Shown piece by piece: positions 10,785-20,336 of a stretch of DNA of 52,904 nucleotides. The DNA is from a virus (Duplodnaviria > Caudoviricetes). Position 1 is the stretch's first letter. Each line of letters opens with the position of its first letter. A program made the translations under genes and the position numbers. Where the stretch lies: positions 1 to 52,904 of IMG/VR virus record IMGVR_UViG_3300013123_000008, one strand, 5' to 3'. A model generated the notes under the pieces. The model saw nothing but the letters and a program-made list of their open reading frames with translations. It was not told the DNA's origin and ran no database searches.

Positions 10785-11333
10785 ATGTTTATAGAAGCTT
10801 TTGATAAATACTATGGTTCACTAACTAAGAAAAAAACTCTTAAAGAAGCTGAACATTTTTCTAAAGGTGGTCCATTAAAGTCTAAAAATACAAAAACATT
10901 TTATCATTGGACGTTTGACGAAAAGCCAGCAATTTTTGATGTAGATTTTAATTATAAAATTATATTTAATCCTAATGCAATTAAAGTTGATTATCCATCT
11001 GACTTGAGCACTAAGGAAATAGATTTTGATACATTTCAGTTTCATGTATTAAGAAAATATTTTATGGAGAAACAAGTATTAAATAAGGCCAAGGCTATTT
11101 CTCTTCCCGGGTTTGAAGCGATTTATGCTATATTCGGTACAGATTCGGATATTAAAACCTTAAATCCAAATAAAAAACTTAAATACCAATTTTCACATTC
11201 AATTACGATTCGTGCAACAGATAAAACTAAAATTTATAAAAAATCTGACATTGAAAAAGTAGCTCAAGAATTTGTTAATAAGGCCGAAGAAACTATTTTT
11301 AATAGTAATGATTATTTCAAAATAACCAAATAG
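10785..11333 (+). CDS. Hypothetical protein
   Basis: 182-aa ORF with GGAG RBS. Confidence 0.7.
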   Translation: MFIEAFDKYYGSLTKKKTLKEAEHFSKGGPLKSKNTKTFYHWTFDEKPAIFDVDFNYKIIFNPNAIKVDYPSDLSTKEIDFDTFQFHVLRKYFMEKQVLNKAKAISLPGFEAIYAIFGTDSDIKTLNPNKKLKYQFSHSITIRATDKTKIYKKSDIEKVAQEFVNKAEETIFNSNDYFKITK

Positions 11334-11336
11334 GAA

Positions 11337-11579
11337 ATGATAATGAAAATGAAAAACTTATTGCTGATTAAAGAATCTAAAGTTGGAGATTACTTATTAG
11401 AAATTCAAGATTTATTGAATGACATTAATGAATATAAAACTAAGATGTATGACCTAATTAAAGAATTAGATACAAAGTTAAAGGTCTCTAAAGAAACAAA
11501 TTTTGGAATAACTATTAAAAAAATTAAAATAGATTTAGATGCTGCTATAAATGCAGTAAAAAATAAATTTTTAAAATAA
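11337..11579 (+). CDS. Small helical hypothetical protein
   Basis: 80-aa ORF, AGGA RBS, N-terminal LLIKE. Confidence 0.6.
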   Translation: MIMKMKNLLLIKESKVGDYLLEIQDLLNDINEYKTKMYDLIKELDTKLKVSKETNFGITIKKIKIDLDAAINAVKNKFLK

Positions 11580-11580
11580 A

Positions 11581-11614
11581 CTATTTACTTTAACATAAAT
11601 TAATATTAAATTTA
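11581..11614 (+). promoter_or_regulatory. Bipartite promoter CTATtTA-N19-TAAATTTA
   Basis: Same spacing as five other copies (43610, 46545, 48628, 48789, 52158). Confidence 0.55.
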
Positions 11615-11641
11615 CACTATATAATAAAAGTTACAAAATAA

Positions 11642-13237
11642 ATGCAAATTCAAACGTCTGATTGGATAAAATATTTTCCACACAAATTGCCTCGACCTAT
11701 ACAAGTCGAGGCAATTAATTTTGCACTAAATTCATTCATAAATTCCAATAAGAAATATGTAATACTTGAAGCTCCAGTTGGTACTGGAAAATCGGCAATT
11801 GCAATTACACTTGCGAAATATTTTGAAGAAAATGTGTATTCCCCTGGTCAAAAATCTACATGGCTATTAACTACTCAGAAAATATTACAACAACAATATA
11901 AAGAAGAATTTCAATGGCTGGCTAATATATGGTCTAAAACTAATTATGAGTGTGTTACGAAAATTGGAGTATCATGCCAACTTGGGTCATGGATAAACAA
12001 AATTTTCAAAAGCACATATTGTGATTGTATTTATGTTAAAGATAGAAATGCATTTATTGAAAGTGAAGTATCGGTTACTAATATTCAATTCTTTTTAAAC
12101 CATGCCGAATACGCATCCGCGAATATTCAAAATAGAAAACTTTTAGTTATCGATGAAGCACATAATATTGAAAATAATATTACAGATTTTGTTTCTGTAA
12201 CTCTAGATAAATATATTATTACTTATTACGGATTAAACTGGATTGGTTATAATAGAACACTGCCTTATGTAGTAAATTGGTGTAAAGAAGTTTTATTACC
12301 TAAATTAGAACAAGTTAAAATTTCATTAGATATTAAAATAAAAAATATTGATAAAACTACTTTACTTAGTAGTGGTGAAGGAAAAACAATATTAAAACAA
12401 TTAGATGAAATTGATAGATATATACGTCAATTATATAGATGTATTAAATTATTTGTACCAAGTGAATGGGTTATGAGTAATGTTGAAGCAGAAAATAAAA
12501 TAATTATTAAACCATTATTTGCATCTAAATTTACACATGACCAATTATTTAGAACTGCAGATAAAATATTATTAATGAGTGGTACTATTTTAGATAAGAA
12601 TACATATTGTAAAAATATTGGTATTACACCATCAGATGTTGATTTTATATCTTTACCATCTCCATTTAAAGTTGAAAATAGGAGAATTTTTGTTATTAAG
12701 AGTGGGGCAATGACGTATAAAGAAATTGATAAATCATTACCTAACGTAACACGCGCTATTAAACAACTTGTCGAAAAAGAACATGCAAACCAAAAGGGGA
12801 TCATACATTGTAATTCTTATAAAATAGTAAATTATATTAACAAGAATTTTAAAAATAATAGAATTTTAAGTCATGATTCTTCTAATAGGATGGAAATGTA
12901 TAACATACATAAAAGTAGTCCAAAGCCTACTGTATTACTTTCTCCTTCATTAACCGAAGGTATTGACTTAGTAGATGAACTTTCGCGTTTTCAAATTATA
13001 GTAAAAGTTCCATATCCATATTTAGGGGACAATTATGTTAAAGAAAAAATGGAAAGAGTAGAAGGATGGTATGCATGGGAAACAGCAAAGACAATTATTC
13101 AAGCATACGGAAGATCTATTAGAAACGAAGATGATTTCAGTACAACATATATTTTAGATAGTAATTTTGAATATTTCTATAATAAAAATAATTATCTATT
13201 CCCGAAGTGGTTCAAAGATGCACTCTGTTTTATTTAA
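11642..13237 (+). CDS. DinG/XPD-family SF2 helicase
   Basis: EAPVGTGKS, IDEAH, LMSGT, EGID, KVPYP, QAYGRSIR, YILD. Confidence 0.9.
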   Translation: MQIQTSDWIKYFPHKLPRPIQVEAINFALNSFINSNKKYVILEAPVGTGKSAIAITLAKYFEENVYSPGQKSTWLLTTQKILQQQYKEEFQWLANIWSKTNYECVTKIGVSCQLGSWINKIFKSTYCDCIYVKDRNAFIESEVSVTNIQFFLNHAEYASANIQNRKLLVIDEAHNIENNITDFVSVTLDKYIITYYGLNWIGYNRTLPYVVNWCKEVLLPKLEQVKISLDIKIKNIDKTTLLSSGEGKTILKQLDEIDRYIRQLYRCIKLFVPSEWVMSNVEAENKIIIKPLFASKFTHDQLFRTADKILLMSGTILDKNTYCKNIGITPSDVDFISLPSPFKVENRRIFVIKSGAMTYKEIDKSLPNVTRAIKQLVEKEHANQKGIIHCNSYKIVNYINKNFKNNRILSHDSSNRMEMYNIHKSSPKPTVLLSPSLTEGIDLVDELSRFQIIVKVPYPYLGDNYVKEKMERVEGWYAWETAKTIIQAYGRSIRNEDDFSTTYILDSNFEYFYNKNNYLFPKWFKDALCFI

Positions 13238-13287
13238 ACTATAGAAATTACTTTATTATTTATATACAACATTAAAAGGTTACAACT

Positions 13288-15837
13288 ATTTACACATCGA
13301 TATATTATGACCGTAATAAGAATCGCATCCATTTGTGGGATGATAAATTAGGATATAAAAATATTCCATATCGGAAGTATGCGTATATTTCAGATCCAGA
13401 TGGAAATTATTCTACTATATTTGGAAATACAGTATCTAGAATTACATCTTGGACTGATGATATGAAATCTCAGTTATGGGAATCAGATGTTTCTCCTGAA
13501 AATAGAACTTTAATAGATTTGTATTACAATTTTCCAGATAATGAATACCCTGAAAATAGAGTAATGACATTAGATATTGAAATTGAAACAAAACACGGTT
13601 TTGAAAATATGCATCTTGCACAAGATGTAGTAAATGCAATTTCAATTCACGATAGTCAAACAAATAAATACCATGCATTTATATTAGATTATGATGGGTC
13701 AATTGACACAAGCAAAATTTCTGAAAATAAAGATATTCATATTAATTTTTATAATAATGAAAAAGATCTATTATGTGATTGGTTAGATACTTTTGTATCA
13801 CTTAGACCCACAATTATTACTGGATGGAATATAGAATTCTTTGATATACCATATTTGGTCAGAAGAATTAGTAAACTTTTAGGTTCAGAATGGTTGAATA
13901 AATTATCACCAATTGGAATAATTAGATACTCAGAATTTAAAGAAAGATTTATAATAGCTGGGTTAAATACATTAGATTATTTATCTTTATATAAAAAGTT
14001 TACATTTTCAGAACAAGCAAATTATAGATTAGATTCAATAGCTAAAAACGAATTAGGTTATGGTAAAATTGAATTTGACGGAACATTAGAAACATTATAT
14101 CGAGATGATATTAATAAATTTTTGGAATATAATATTAATGATGTTAAGTTAGTTGTTGAAATTGATAATAAAAAGAAACTTATAGATTTAGCAATTGGTC
14201 TTTCTCATAAAGGAAAAATACCATATGAAGATGTTTTTTATCCATCTAAATATTTAGAAGGAGCAATATTAAGTTTTCTTAAAAAGGACAATTTAGTTGT
14301 TCCTAATAAACCACAGAAAGGTCAAACACTTCGTAAATTTGAAGGTGCATATGTTAAACGACCAATACCTGGATTATATGATTGGGTATTTGATTTAGAT
14401 TTAACATCTCTATATCCTTCAATAATTATGTCATTAAATATATCACCTGAAACTAAATTAGGTAAAGTAGTAAACTGGAATGAACTTGATTTTCATAGTA
14501 AAAAAGAACGTAAATGGACTGTTTCTGCTACACGGGCCGATGCATCATCTGATATAGAATTAAATACAGATGGATTAGTAGAATTATTAACTGATTCGAA
14601 ATGTTCAATTTCATCTAACGGAATTATTTATAAACCACATTCTGAATACGGTGTTATTCCTAGTATTTTATCAAAATGGTTCGACGAAAGAGTTGAATAT
14701 AAAAACCTAATGAAAAAATACGGTAAGTCTAATAATAAAGAAAAATATGACTTTTATGATAAATTACAAAATATCCAAAAGGTATTGTTAAATTCATTAT
14801 ATGGAGTACTAGGATTACCTGTATTTAGATTCTATGATTTAGATAATGCTACTGCAGTTACACTTACAGGCCAGACTATAATTAAATCTTCTGCAGCTAA
14901 GGTTAATGAATATTATAAAAATATATTGAGTACTAATGAAGATCATGTAGTATATATAGATACTGATTCTGTATTTGTTAGTGCTAAGCCATTATTAGAT
15001 AAATTATATCCAGATGCAGACCCAACAGATACAAAGAAAACTATTACAAATGTGGCCGAAATAGTTAATAATGTTCAAAAATATATAAATGATAGTTATG
15101 ATTTATTAGCTACTGACCAGTTATTTATAACATCAGGTAAACATAGGTTTCAAATTAAACAAGAATTAATATGTTTATCAGGGTTATGGACAGCTAAAAA
15201 ACGATATGCATTATTCGTTTTAAGTAGAGAAGGTATATTAATTAATAAATTAAAAGTAACTGGATTAGATACAGTTAGATCTTCTTTCCCACCGGCATTT
15301 GCTGGATTTATGGAAAAGACAATTAAGAATATTTTAGAAAAAATTCCTAAGGAACAAATTGACGCTGAAATATTATCTTTAGAAGATAATCTTATTAATA
15401 TTGAAGTAAGTAAAATATGTAAAAATACTTCTATAAGTGATATTACAAAATATTCTTCTTCATCGACAGATTTATTCTATAATGAAAGAATATTTAGTCC
15501 AATTAAAAAGGGTACACCTGCACATGTAAAAGCTGCTATAGCTTATAATGATTTAATTAGACATTATAATTTAGAAACAAAATATAATTTTATTAGAAAT
15601 AAAGATAAAGTTAAATGGTGTTATCTTAGAAAAAATAGGCTTGGGTTAGATAAAATAGCATTTAAAGGATTCAATGATCCACCTGAAATCATAAAGTTCA
15701 TTGATCAATATATAGATAAGCAAGCTATGTATGAATGTGAATTGAAATCAAAATTAGAAAATATTTTTGAAGCAATGAATTGGAAATTTCCAAATAAAAT
15801 GCAAGTCAAAGCAAGTAGATTTTTTAATATAAATTAA
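13288..15837 (+). CDS. Family B DNA polymerase (T4 gp43-like); probable ATT start upstream of the TTG in the ORF track
   Basis: DIE exo I, GWNIEFFDIPY exo II, YNINDV exo III, DLTSLYPS, KVLLNSLYG, YIDTDS, KKRYA; AAGGT 7 nt before in-frame ATT at 13288. Confidence 0.95.
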   Translation: MYTSIYYDRNKNRIHLWDDKLGYKNIPYRKYAYISDPDGNYSTIFGNTVSRITSWTDDMKSQLWESDVSPENRTLIDLYYNFPDNEYPENRVMTLDIEIETKHGFENMHLAQDVVNAISIHDSQTNKYHAFILDYDGSIDTSKISENKDIHINFYNNEKDLLCDWLDTFVSLRPTIITGWNIEFFDIPYLVRRISKLLGSEWLNKLSPIGIIRYSEFKERFIIAGLNTLDYLSLYKKFTFSEQANYRLDSIAKNELGYGKIEFDGTLETLYRDDINKFLEYNINDVKLVVEIDNKKKLIDLAIGLSHKGKIPYEDVFYPSKYLEGAILSFLKKDNLVVPNKPQKGQTLRKFEGAYVKRPIPGLYDWVFDLDLTSLYPSIIMSLNISPETKLGKVVNWNELDFHSKKERKWTVSATRADASSDIELNTDGLVELLTDSKCSISSNGIIYKPHSEYGVIPSILSKWFDERVEYKNLMKKYGKSNNKEKYDFYDKLQNIQKVLLNSLYGVLGLPVFRFYDLDNATAVTLTGQTIIKSSAAKVNEYYKNILSTNEDHVVYIDTDSVFVSAKPLLDKLYPDADPTDTKKTITNVAEIVNNVQKYINDSYDLLATDQLFITSGKHRFQIKQELICLSGLWTAKKRYALFVLSREGILINKLKVTGLDTVRSSFPPAFAGFMEKTIKNILEKIPKEQIDAEILSLEDNLINIEVSKICKNTSISDITKYSSSSTDLFYNERIFSPIKKGTPAHVKAAIAYNDLIRHYNLETKYNFIRNKDKVKWCYLRKNRLGLDKIAFKGFNDPPEIIKFIDQYIDKQAMYECELKSKLENIFEAMNWKFPNKMQVKASRFFNIN

Positions 15838-15847
15838 TAGGAACACA

Positions 15848-16609
15848 ATGTCAAAAATAAAAAAATCAGATTTTATTTCACTTATAAAGAAATATAATCT
15901 TAATTCAACAATTGAATCTGCAATTATTAATATCGATAATAATATGATGACTACTAATTTTATCTTAGATGATTATTCATTGAAAGGTAGAATAGTAAAT
16001 AAAGATTTTCAATATGATAATTCAAATTTTGCAATTACAGATACTTCTCAATTATTAAAAGTATTGACTATTTTAGATGAAGATGTTGAATTTAGTTTAA
16101 AAAAATCTGGTGATAGATGTAAAATTTTAGAATTAAATGATGAAAAAGTTTTACTTAAAATTGTTCTTGCAGATCCGGCATTAGTAAACTCAGTAGATCC
16201 AAACGTAAATAAACCAAACAATAATTTTATTAAATTAAATTTAACATCTGATATTTTATCTAAAATCAGTAAGTGTGTTGCATCATTAAATAAATGTGAA
16301 AAATTTAGTATTACAACAGATTCACTGGAAGGTAAAGTTATATTATCATTTAAAGAAAATTCTACAATAGGTTCAGTATACTCTAATTCTATAGATGATA
16401 ATACAGTTGCCTTTTCTTTTAATGTTCCAGACGTGGACATAGATATTAGTGCTATTGAATTTTTTTCTAATACACTTAAAAATATTATAGATGCAAATAG
16501 AGAATATGATTCATGTGATGTAATTATTTATAACGTAGGTCTTATGAGTTTAAAATTTAGTAACACTTTAACAGATGCAGACTATTATTTAGTAGCATTG
16601 AGTAATTAA
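15848..16609 (+). CDS. DNA sliding clamp (gp45/PCNA-like)
   Basis: 253 aa, between polymerase and clamp loader; FAITDTSQLLKVL, LADP, terminal YYLVAL. Confidence 0.8.
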   Translation: MSKIKKSDFISLIKKYNLNSTIESAIINIDNNMMTTNFILDDYSLKGRIVNKDFQYDNSNFAITDTSQLLKVLTILDEDVEFSLKKSGDRCKILELNDEKVLLKIVLADPALVNSVDPNVNKPNNNFIKLNLTSDILSKISKCVASLNKCEKFSITTDSLEGKVILSFKENSTIGSVYSNSIDDNTVAFSFNVPDVDIDISAIEFFSNTLKNIIDANREYDSCDVIIYNVGLMSLKFSNTLTDADYYLVALSN

Positions 16610-16610
16610 T

Positions 16611-17525
16611 ATGACAAAAGAAAATACATTATTCGTAGAAAAATATAGACCACATACATTAGAAGATTTTGTTGGTAATGAAAATGTAATTAAACTGTTA
16701 TTTAATTATATTAAATCAAAAGATATTCCTCATCTGTTGTTATATGGTGGTCCAGGTACAGGAAAAACAACTGCAGCTAAATTATTAGTTGAACAAATTG
16801 GGTGTGATTATTTATATATAAATGCTTCTGATGAAAATGATGTTGAGACTGTTAGAACTAAAGTAAAACGATTTGCAATGTCAATGTCAGAATCTCATAT
16901 TAAAATTGTCATTTTAGATGAAGCAGATTATTTATCTTTAAGTTCACAAGCAGCTCTTAGAAATTTAATGGAATCAACTTCGGTTAATACTAGATTTATT
17001 CTTACTGCAAATTACCAAAATAGAATAATTGAACCATTAAGATCTAGATGTGTAATGTTAGAACTTAGACCATTATCTAAACCTTTAGTAATGGCCAGAT
17101 TAGATACAATATTAAAATTGGAATCAATATCATATAATCCTGAAGATTTGGTTCCTATAATTAATTCTCATTTTCCAGATTTGAGAAGAATTATAAATGA
17201 AGTACAAAAATGCACAATAGATAATAAATTGAATGTAGATGTTAATTTAATTATTGAATCAGATTATAGACTTAAAATATTAGATATATTAATATCTAAA
17301 TCTCCTATGAAAGATAAGTTTGAAAAAATCAGAAAACTTGTATTAAATAATCAAGTAAAAGAATTTAATGATATATACAGACTGTTATATGATAATATTG
17401 ATAGTATAGTATCAGACGTCGGGGATGGTATATTAATTATATCAGATCAACAATACAGAGATGCTCTTGTGATAGATAAAGAAATTTGCTTTATGTCGTG
17501 TATTGTAAGGTTATTGGATATATAA
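16611..17525 (+). CDS. Clamp loader large subunit (gp44/RFC-like AAA+)
   Basis: VEKYRP, GGPGTGKT, INASD, ILDEAD, LRSRC. Confidence 0.95.
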   Translation: MTKENTLFVEKYRPHTLEDFVGNENVIKLLFNYIKSKDIPHLLLYGGPGTGKTTAAKLLVEQIGCDYLYINASDENDVETVRTKVKRFAMSMSESHIKIVILDEADYLSLSSQAALRNLMESTSVNTRFILTANYQNRIIEPLRSRCVMLELRPLSKPLVMARLDTILKLESISYNPEDLVPIINSHFPDLRRIINEVQKCTIDNKLNVDVNLIIESDYRLKILDILISKSPMKDKFEKIRKLVLNNQVKEFNDIYRLLYDNIDSIVSDVGDGILIISDQQYRDALVIDKEICFMSCIVRLLDI

Positions 17526-17562
17526 TGGAAATATATGATGATTTTAGCATATAAGAAAAATT

Positions 17563-17751
17563 ATGCCATTTTATGATTATAAATGTGATGATTGTAATTA
17601 TGTCATTGAAGTAGTTAAAAGTATTAAAGATGAATCTCCTGTCAATTGTAAAAAATGTAAAAAACAAATGAGAAAATTAATAACTAACGTTTCATTTAAA
17701 TTAAATGGAAGTGGTTGGTTTAAAGATGGATATTCAAAACCAAAAAAATAA
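17563..17751 (+). CDS. FmdB-family zinc-ribbon protein
   Basis: MPFYDYKCDDC...CKKC...FKLNGSGWFKDGY. Confidence 0.85.
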   Translation: MPFYDYKCDDCNYVIEVVKSIKDESPVNCKKCKKQMRKLITNVSFKLNGSGWFKDGYSKPKK

Positions 17752-17761
17752 AGGAACCAAT

Positions 17762-18070
17762 ATGAATGTAGTTACTCCTGGACATCTATATATTTTAGAG
17801 TCATTAGAAGATACTAATCCTCAATATCTACAATTTATTCAAAAAGAAAAAATAGAAGATAAATTTGTCACAATTAAAGATGGAACAACAAATGAAGAAG
17901 TATTAAAGGTAATGATTGATCGTCTTAAAACCCTTGATGAAAAATTACCAAGTAGAGAAAATGCAATAGTAATTACTAAATTAGAAGAAGCGTTGATGTG
18001 GGTTGAAAAGAGAAGTAATATTAGAAAAACACAAGGTGTATATGGTACACCACTTCCACATAAATCATAA
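17762..18070 (+). CDS. tad1: Tad1-like cyclic-nucleotide sponge (anti-Thoeris/CBASS candidate)
   Basis: IDRL...SRENAIVITKLEEALMW..R...R...V.GT resembles the recalled Tad1 C-terminal hairpin; AAGGA RBS favours ATG 17762 over 17705. Confidence 0.7.
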   Translation: MNVVTPGHLYILESLEDTNPQYLQFIQKEKIEDKFVTIKDGTTNEEVLKVMIDRLKTLDEKLPSRENAIVITKLEEALMWVEKRSNIRKTQGVYGTPLPHKS

Positions 18071-18078
18071 GGAATAAT

Positions 18079-18339
18079 ATGCAACAGAAAATGAATTTAG
18101 ATCCTCGTACATTACCATCTGAGTATTGTGAAAAATGTAATGGTATGACCTTCAAGGTTGTTTATATTATGAAACGTGTATCACCTATATTATCTGGTCA
18201 AGCACGTGTTCAATTTTTTCCAGTAGAATTATTTGCATGTGAAACTTGTGGGCATGTAAACAAAGAATTTGATTCGCTTGGAATATTAACCAATACTACA
18301 GTTGAACCAGAAATTCCTAAGAGTAGTCTTACATTATAA
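18079..18339 (+). CDS. Zinc-ribbon hypothetical protein
   Basis: CEKC...CETCGH, AAGGA RBS. Confidence 0.75.
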   Translation: MQQKMNLDPRTLPSEYCEKCNGMTFKVVYIMKRVSPILSGQARVQFFPVELFACETCGHVNKEFDSLGILTNTTVEPEIPKSSLTL

Positions 18340-18782
18340 TGAGTAAAAATTTCTTTGATCATCTCAACCAGGTTACTAAAATTCAAGATAAAAATTATTG
18401 GAAAACTTTAGATGAACCAAGTAGAAAAAATTGGAATACTTATATGATGTTAAGATATTTATCTATGAATCCAGACTGGATTAATATTGTAGATATTTTA
18501 CAAACACATTGTCATTCATTAGAAGATGAACATGTTTATAAATTGTTAATATCTTATATTCCTAAAGGAAATAGGTTCATTAAGTATATTAAGAGAGATA
18601 AAGGTGATGATAACATAAATAACATCTTACACATATTATGTAAATATTATGAATGCTCTAAACGCGAAGCAAAAGATATTTATAAAATATTAGATCAAAC
18701 AACAATTTCTAATATTATAGAAATAATGGGTGGTGAAATTGAAACTAAAAAACTTAAACCTAAAAAGAAAAAGAAACGATGA
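18339..18782 (+). CDS. Clamp loader small subunit (gp62-like)
   Basis: FFDHLN, YMMLRYLSMN, IPKG.RFIKYIK, YYECSKREA; near gp44/gp45 homologues. Confidence 0.75.
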   Translation: MSKNFFDHLNQVTKIQDKNYWKTLDEPSRKNWNTYMMLRYLSMNPDWINIVDILQTHCHSLEDEHVYKLLISYIPKGNRFIKYIKRDKGDDNINNILHILCKYYECSKREAKDIYKILDQTTISNIIEIMGGEIETKKLKPKKKKKR

Positions 18783-19240
18783 AAGAACTAGAAATAGATA
18801 TACGTGAACTTTGGAAAAATAAAAAATGGACATGTATAACTACAAATGGTTATGTAACTACATCAGGTAAATGTGTTATGGGCAGAGGAGTTGCATTAGA
18901 GGCAAAAAATCGATATTCGAATTTACCCACACAACTTGGATCCGCTATTAAAAAATACAATAACAGAGTATTTGTATTTCCGGACTATAAAATTATAACA
19001 TTTCCAGTTAAACATTTTTGGTATGAGACGGCAGATATAGAATTAATTAAGAAATCGTTTAATGAATTAAAAAACATTTTAAATTCACCTTTATTTAATA
19101 TAAAAGAAATTTATTTACCCCGTCCTGGATGTTCAAACGGAAAATTAAAATGGTCAGAAGTTAAAAAAGAATTAGAACCTATTTACGATGATCGAATTAT
19201 ATTTATAAATAAAAAGAAAGAAAAAAATGAAAATAGTTAA
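18779..19240 (+). CDS. Macrodomain (ADP-ribose binding/hydrolase) protein
   Basis: TTN, VMGRGVA, ITFPVKHFW, LPRPGCSNGKLKW. Confidence 0.8.
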   Translation: MKELEIDIRELWKNKKWTCITTNGYVTTSGKCVMGRGVALEAKNRYSNLPTQLGSAIKKYNNRVFVFPDYKIITFPVKHFWYETADIELIKKSFNELKNILNSPLFNIKEIYLPRPGCSNGKLKWSEVKKELEPIYDDRIIFINKKKEKNENS

Positions 19241-19736
19241 AGTTAGAAATGTTAAAACTCCTCATAGAGGAACACCTGGGTCTGCGGGCTTGGATTTTTT
19301 TGTTCCTGAATTTGATCAAAAATTTAAGGATGATTTTAAAGCTAAAAATCCTACAGTTGACATACGCTTTGATATTGATATTAATTCAGAATGTATAGAA
19401 CTTAAACCTCACACACGTGTATTAATTCCATCTGGTGTACATGTGAAATTTCCTAAATCATATGCCCTTATTGCATTTAATAAAAGTGGGGTATCAGTTA
19501 AAACCGGATTAGATCATGGGGCAGAAGTAGTTGACGATGATTATCAAGGTGAAATACATTTAAGTCTTGTTAATACAAGTTTAGAAAATGTATTAATAAA
19601 ACCGAATGATAAAATAATTCAATTTATTTTAATACCTGTATTAATAGAAGATGTATTTGAATTAACTTCATTAGATGAATTATATCCGGCTAAATCTGAA
19701 CGAGGTACAGGTGGTTTTGGTTCAACAAATAAGTAA
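19227..19736 (+). CDS. dut: Trimeric dUTPase
   Basis: SAGLD, KSG, VVDDDYQGE, IIQ, RGTGGFGST. Confidence 0.93.
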   Translation: MKIVKVRNVKTPHRGTPGSAGLDFFVPEFDQKFKDDFKAKNPTVDIRFDIDINSECIELKPHTRVLIPSGVHVKFPKSYALIAFNKSGVSVKTGLDHGAEVVDDDYQGEIHLSLVNTSLENVLIKPNDKIIQFILIPVLIEDVFELTSLDELYPAKSERGTGGFGSTNK

Positions 19737-19778
19737 TATTGGATATATCAGACATATTTATATACATAAGGAAATTAA

Positions 19779-20336
19779 ATGGTTATTATAATTGAAGGAC
19801 CTGATAACGTAGGTAAATCAACTCAAATAAAATTATTAATGAAAAACTTAATAAAACATCCAACATATACCATTCATTTTTCTAACGTACTCGGTATATC
19901 TAATGATGAATCTAAACAATTTAGTAGAATATTATATAATGATATGTTTCATCTGGTGGATGAAGCATTTAAGTTTAATAGAAATATCATATTTGATAGA
20001 GCTCATTTAGGAGAATATGTTTATTCACCTATTTACAGAAACTATTCAGGCGAATTTATTTTTGAAATTGAAAATAGATTTTTAAATACTAGTGGATTTA
20101 AAAGTATAGTTTTGTTTTTAATGGTTGATGATCCAAATAAATTAATTGAAAGAGAAGATGGTAAATCATTTTCTAACAAACTCCATTCTAAAATATTAGA
20201 AAAAAATATGTTTATAGAAGCATATTTTAAAAGTCAAATAAAAAATAAATTTTTAATAGATGTAAATGGTAGGTCTATTACTGAAATTCATAATGAAATA
20301 TTAAATGATTTAAATGGAATAACAAGTGAAGAATAA
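19779..20336 (+). CDS. Thymidylate-kinase-like dNMP kinase
   Basis: IIEGPDNVGKST P-loop, FDRAHLGEYVYSPIYR. Confidence 0.85.
   Translation: MVIIIEGPDNVGKSTQIKLLMKNLIKHPTYTIHFSNVLGISNDESKQFSRILYNDMFHLVDEAFKFNRNIIFDRAHLGEYVYSPIYRNYSGEFIFEIENRFLNTSGFKSIVLFLMVDDPNKLIEREDGKSFSNKLHSKILEKNMFIEAYFKSQIKNKFLIDVNGRSITEIHNEILNDLNGITSEE

Noticed and set aside
4201-15837. Inteins or introns in RecA, helicase, RNR or polymerase
   Set aside because: Lengths are normal and no intein or homing endonuclease motifs were seen
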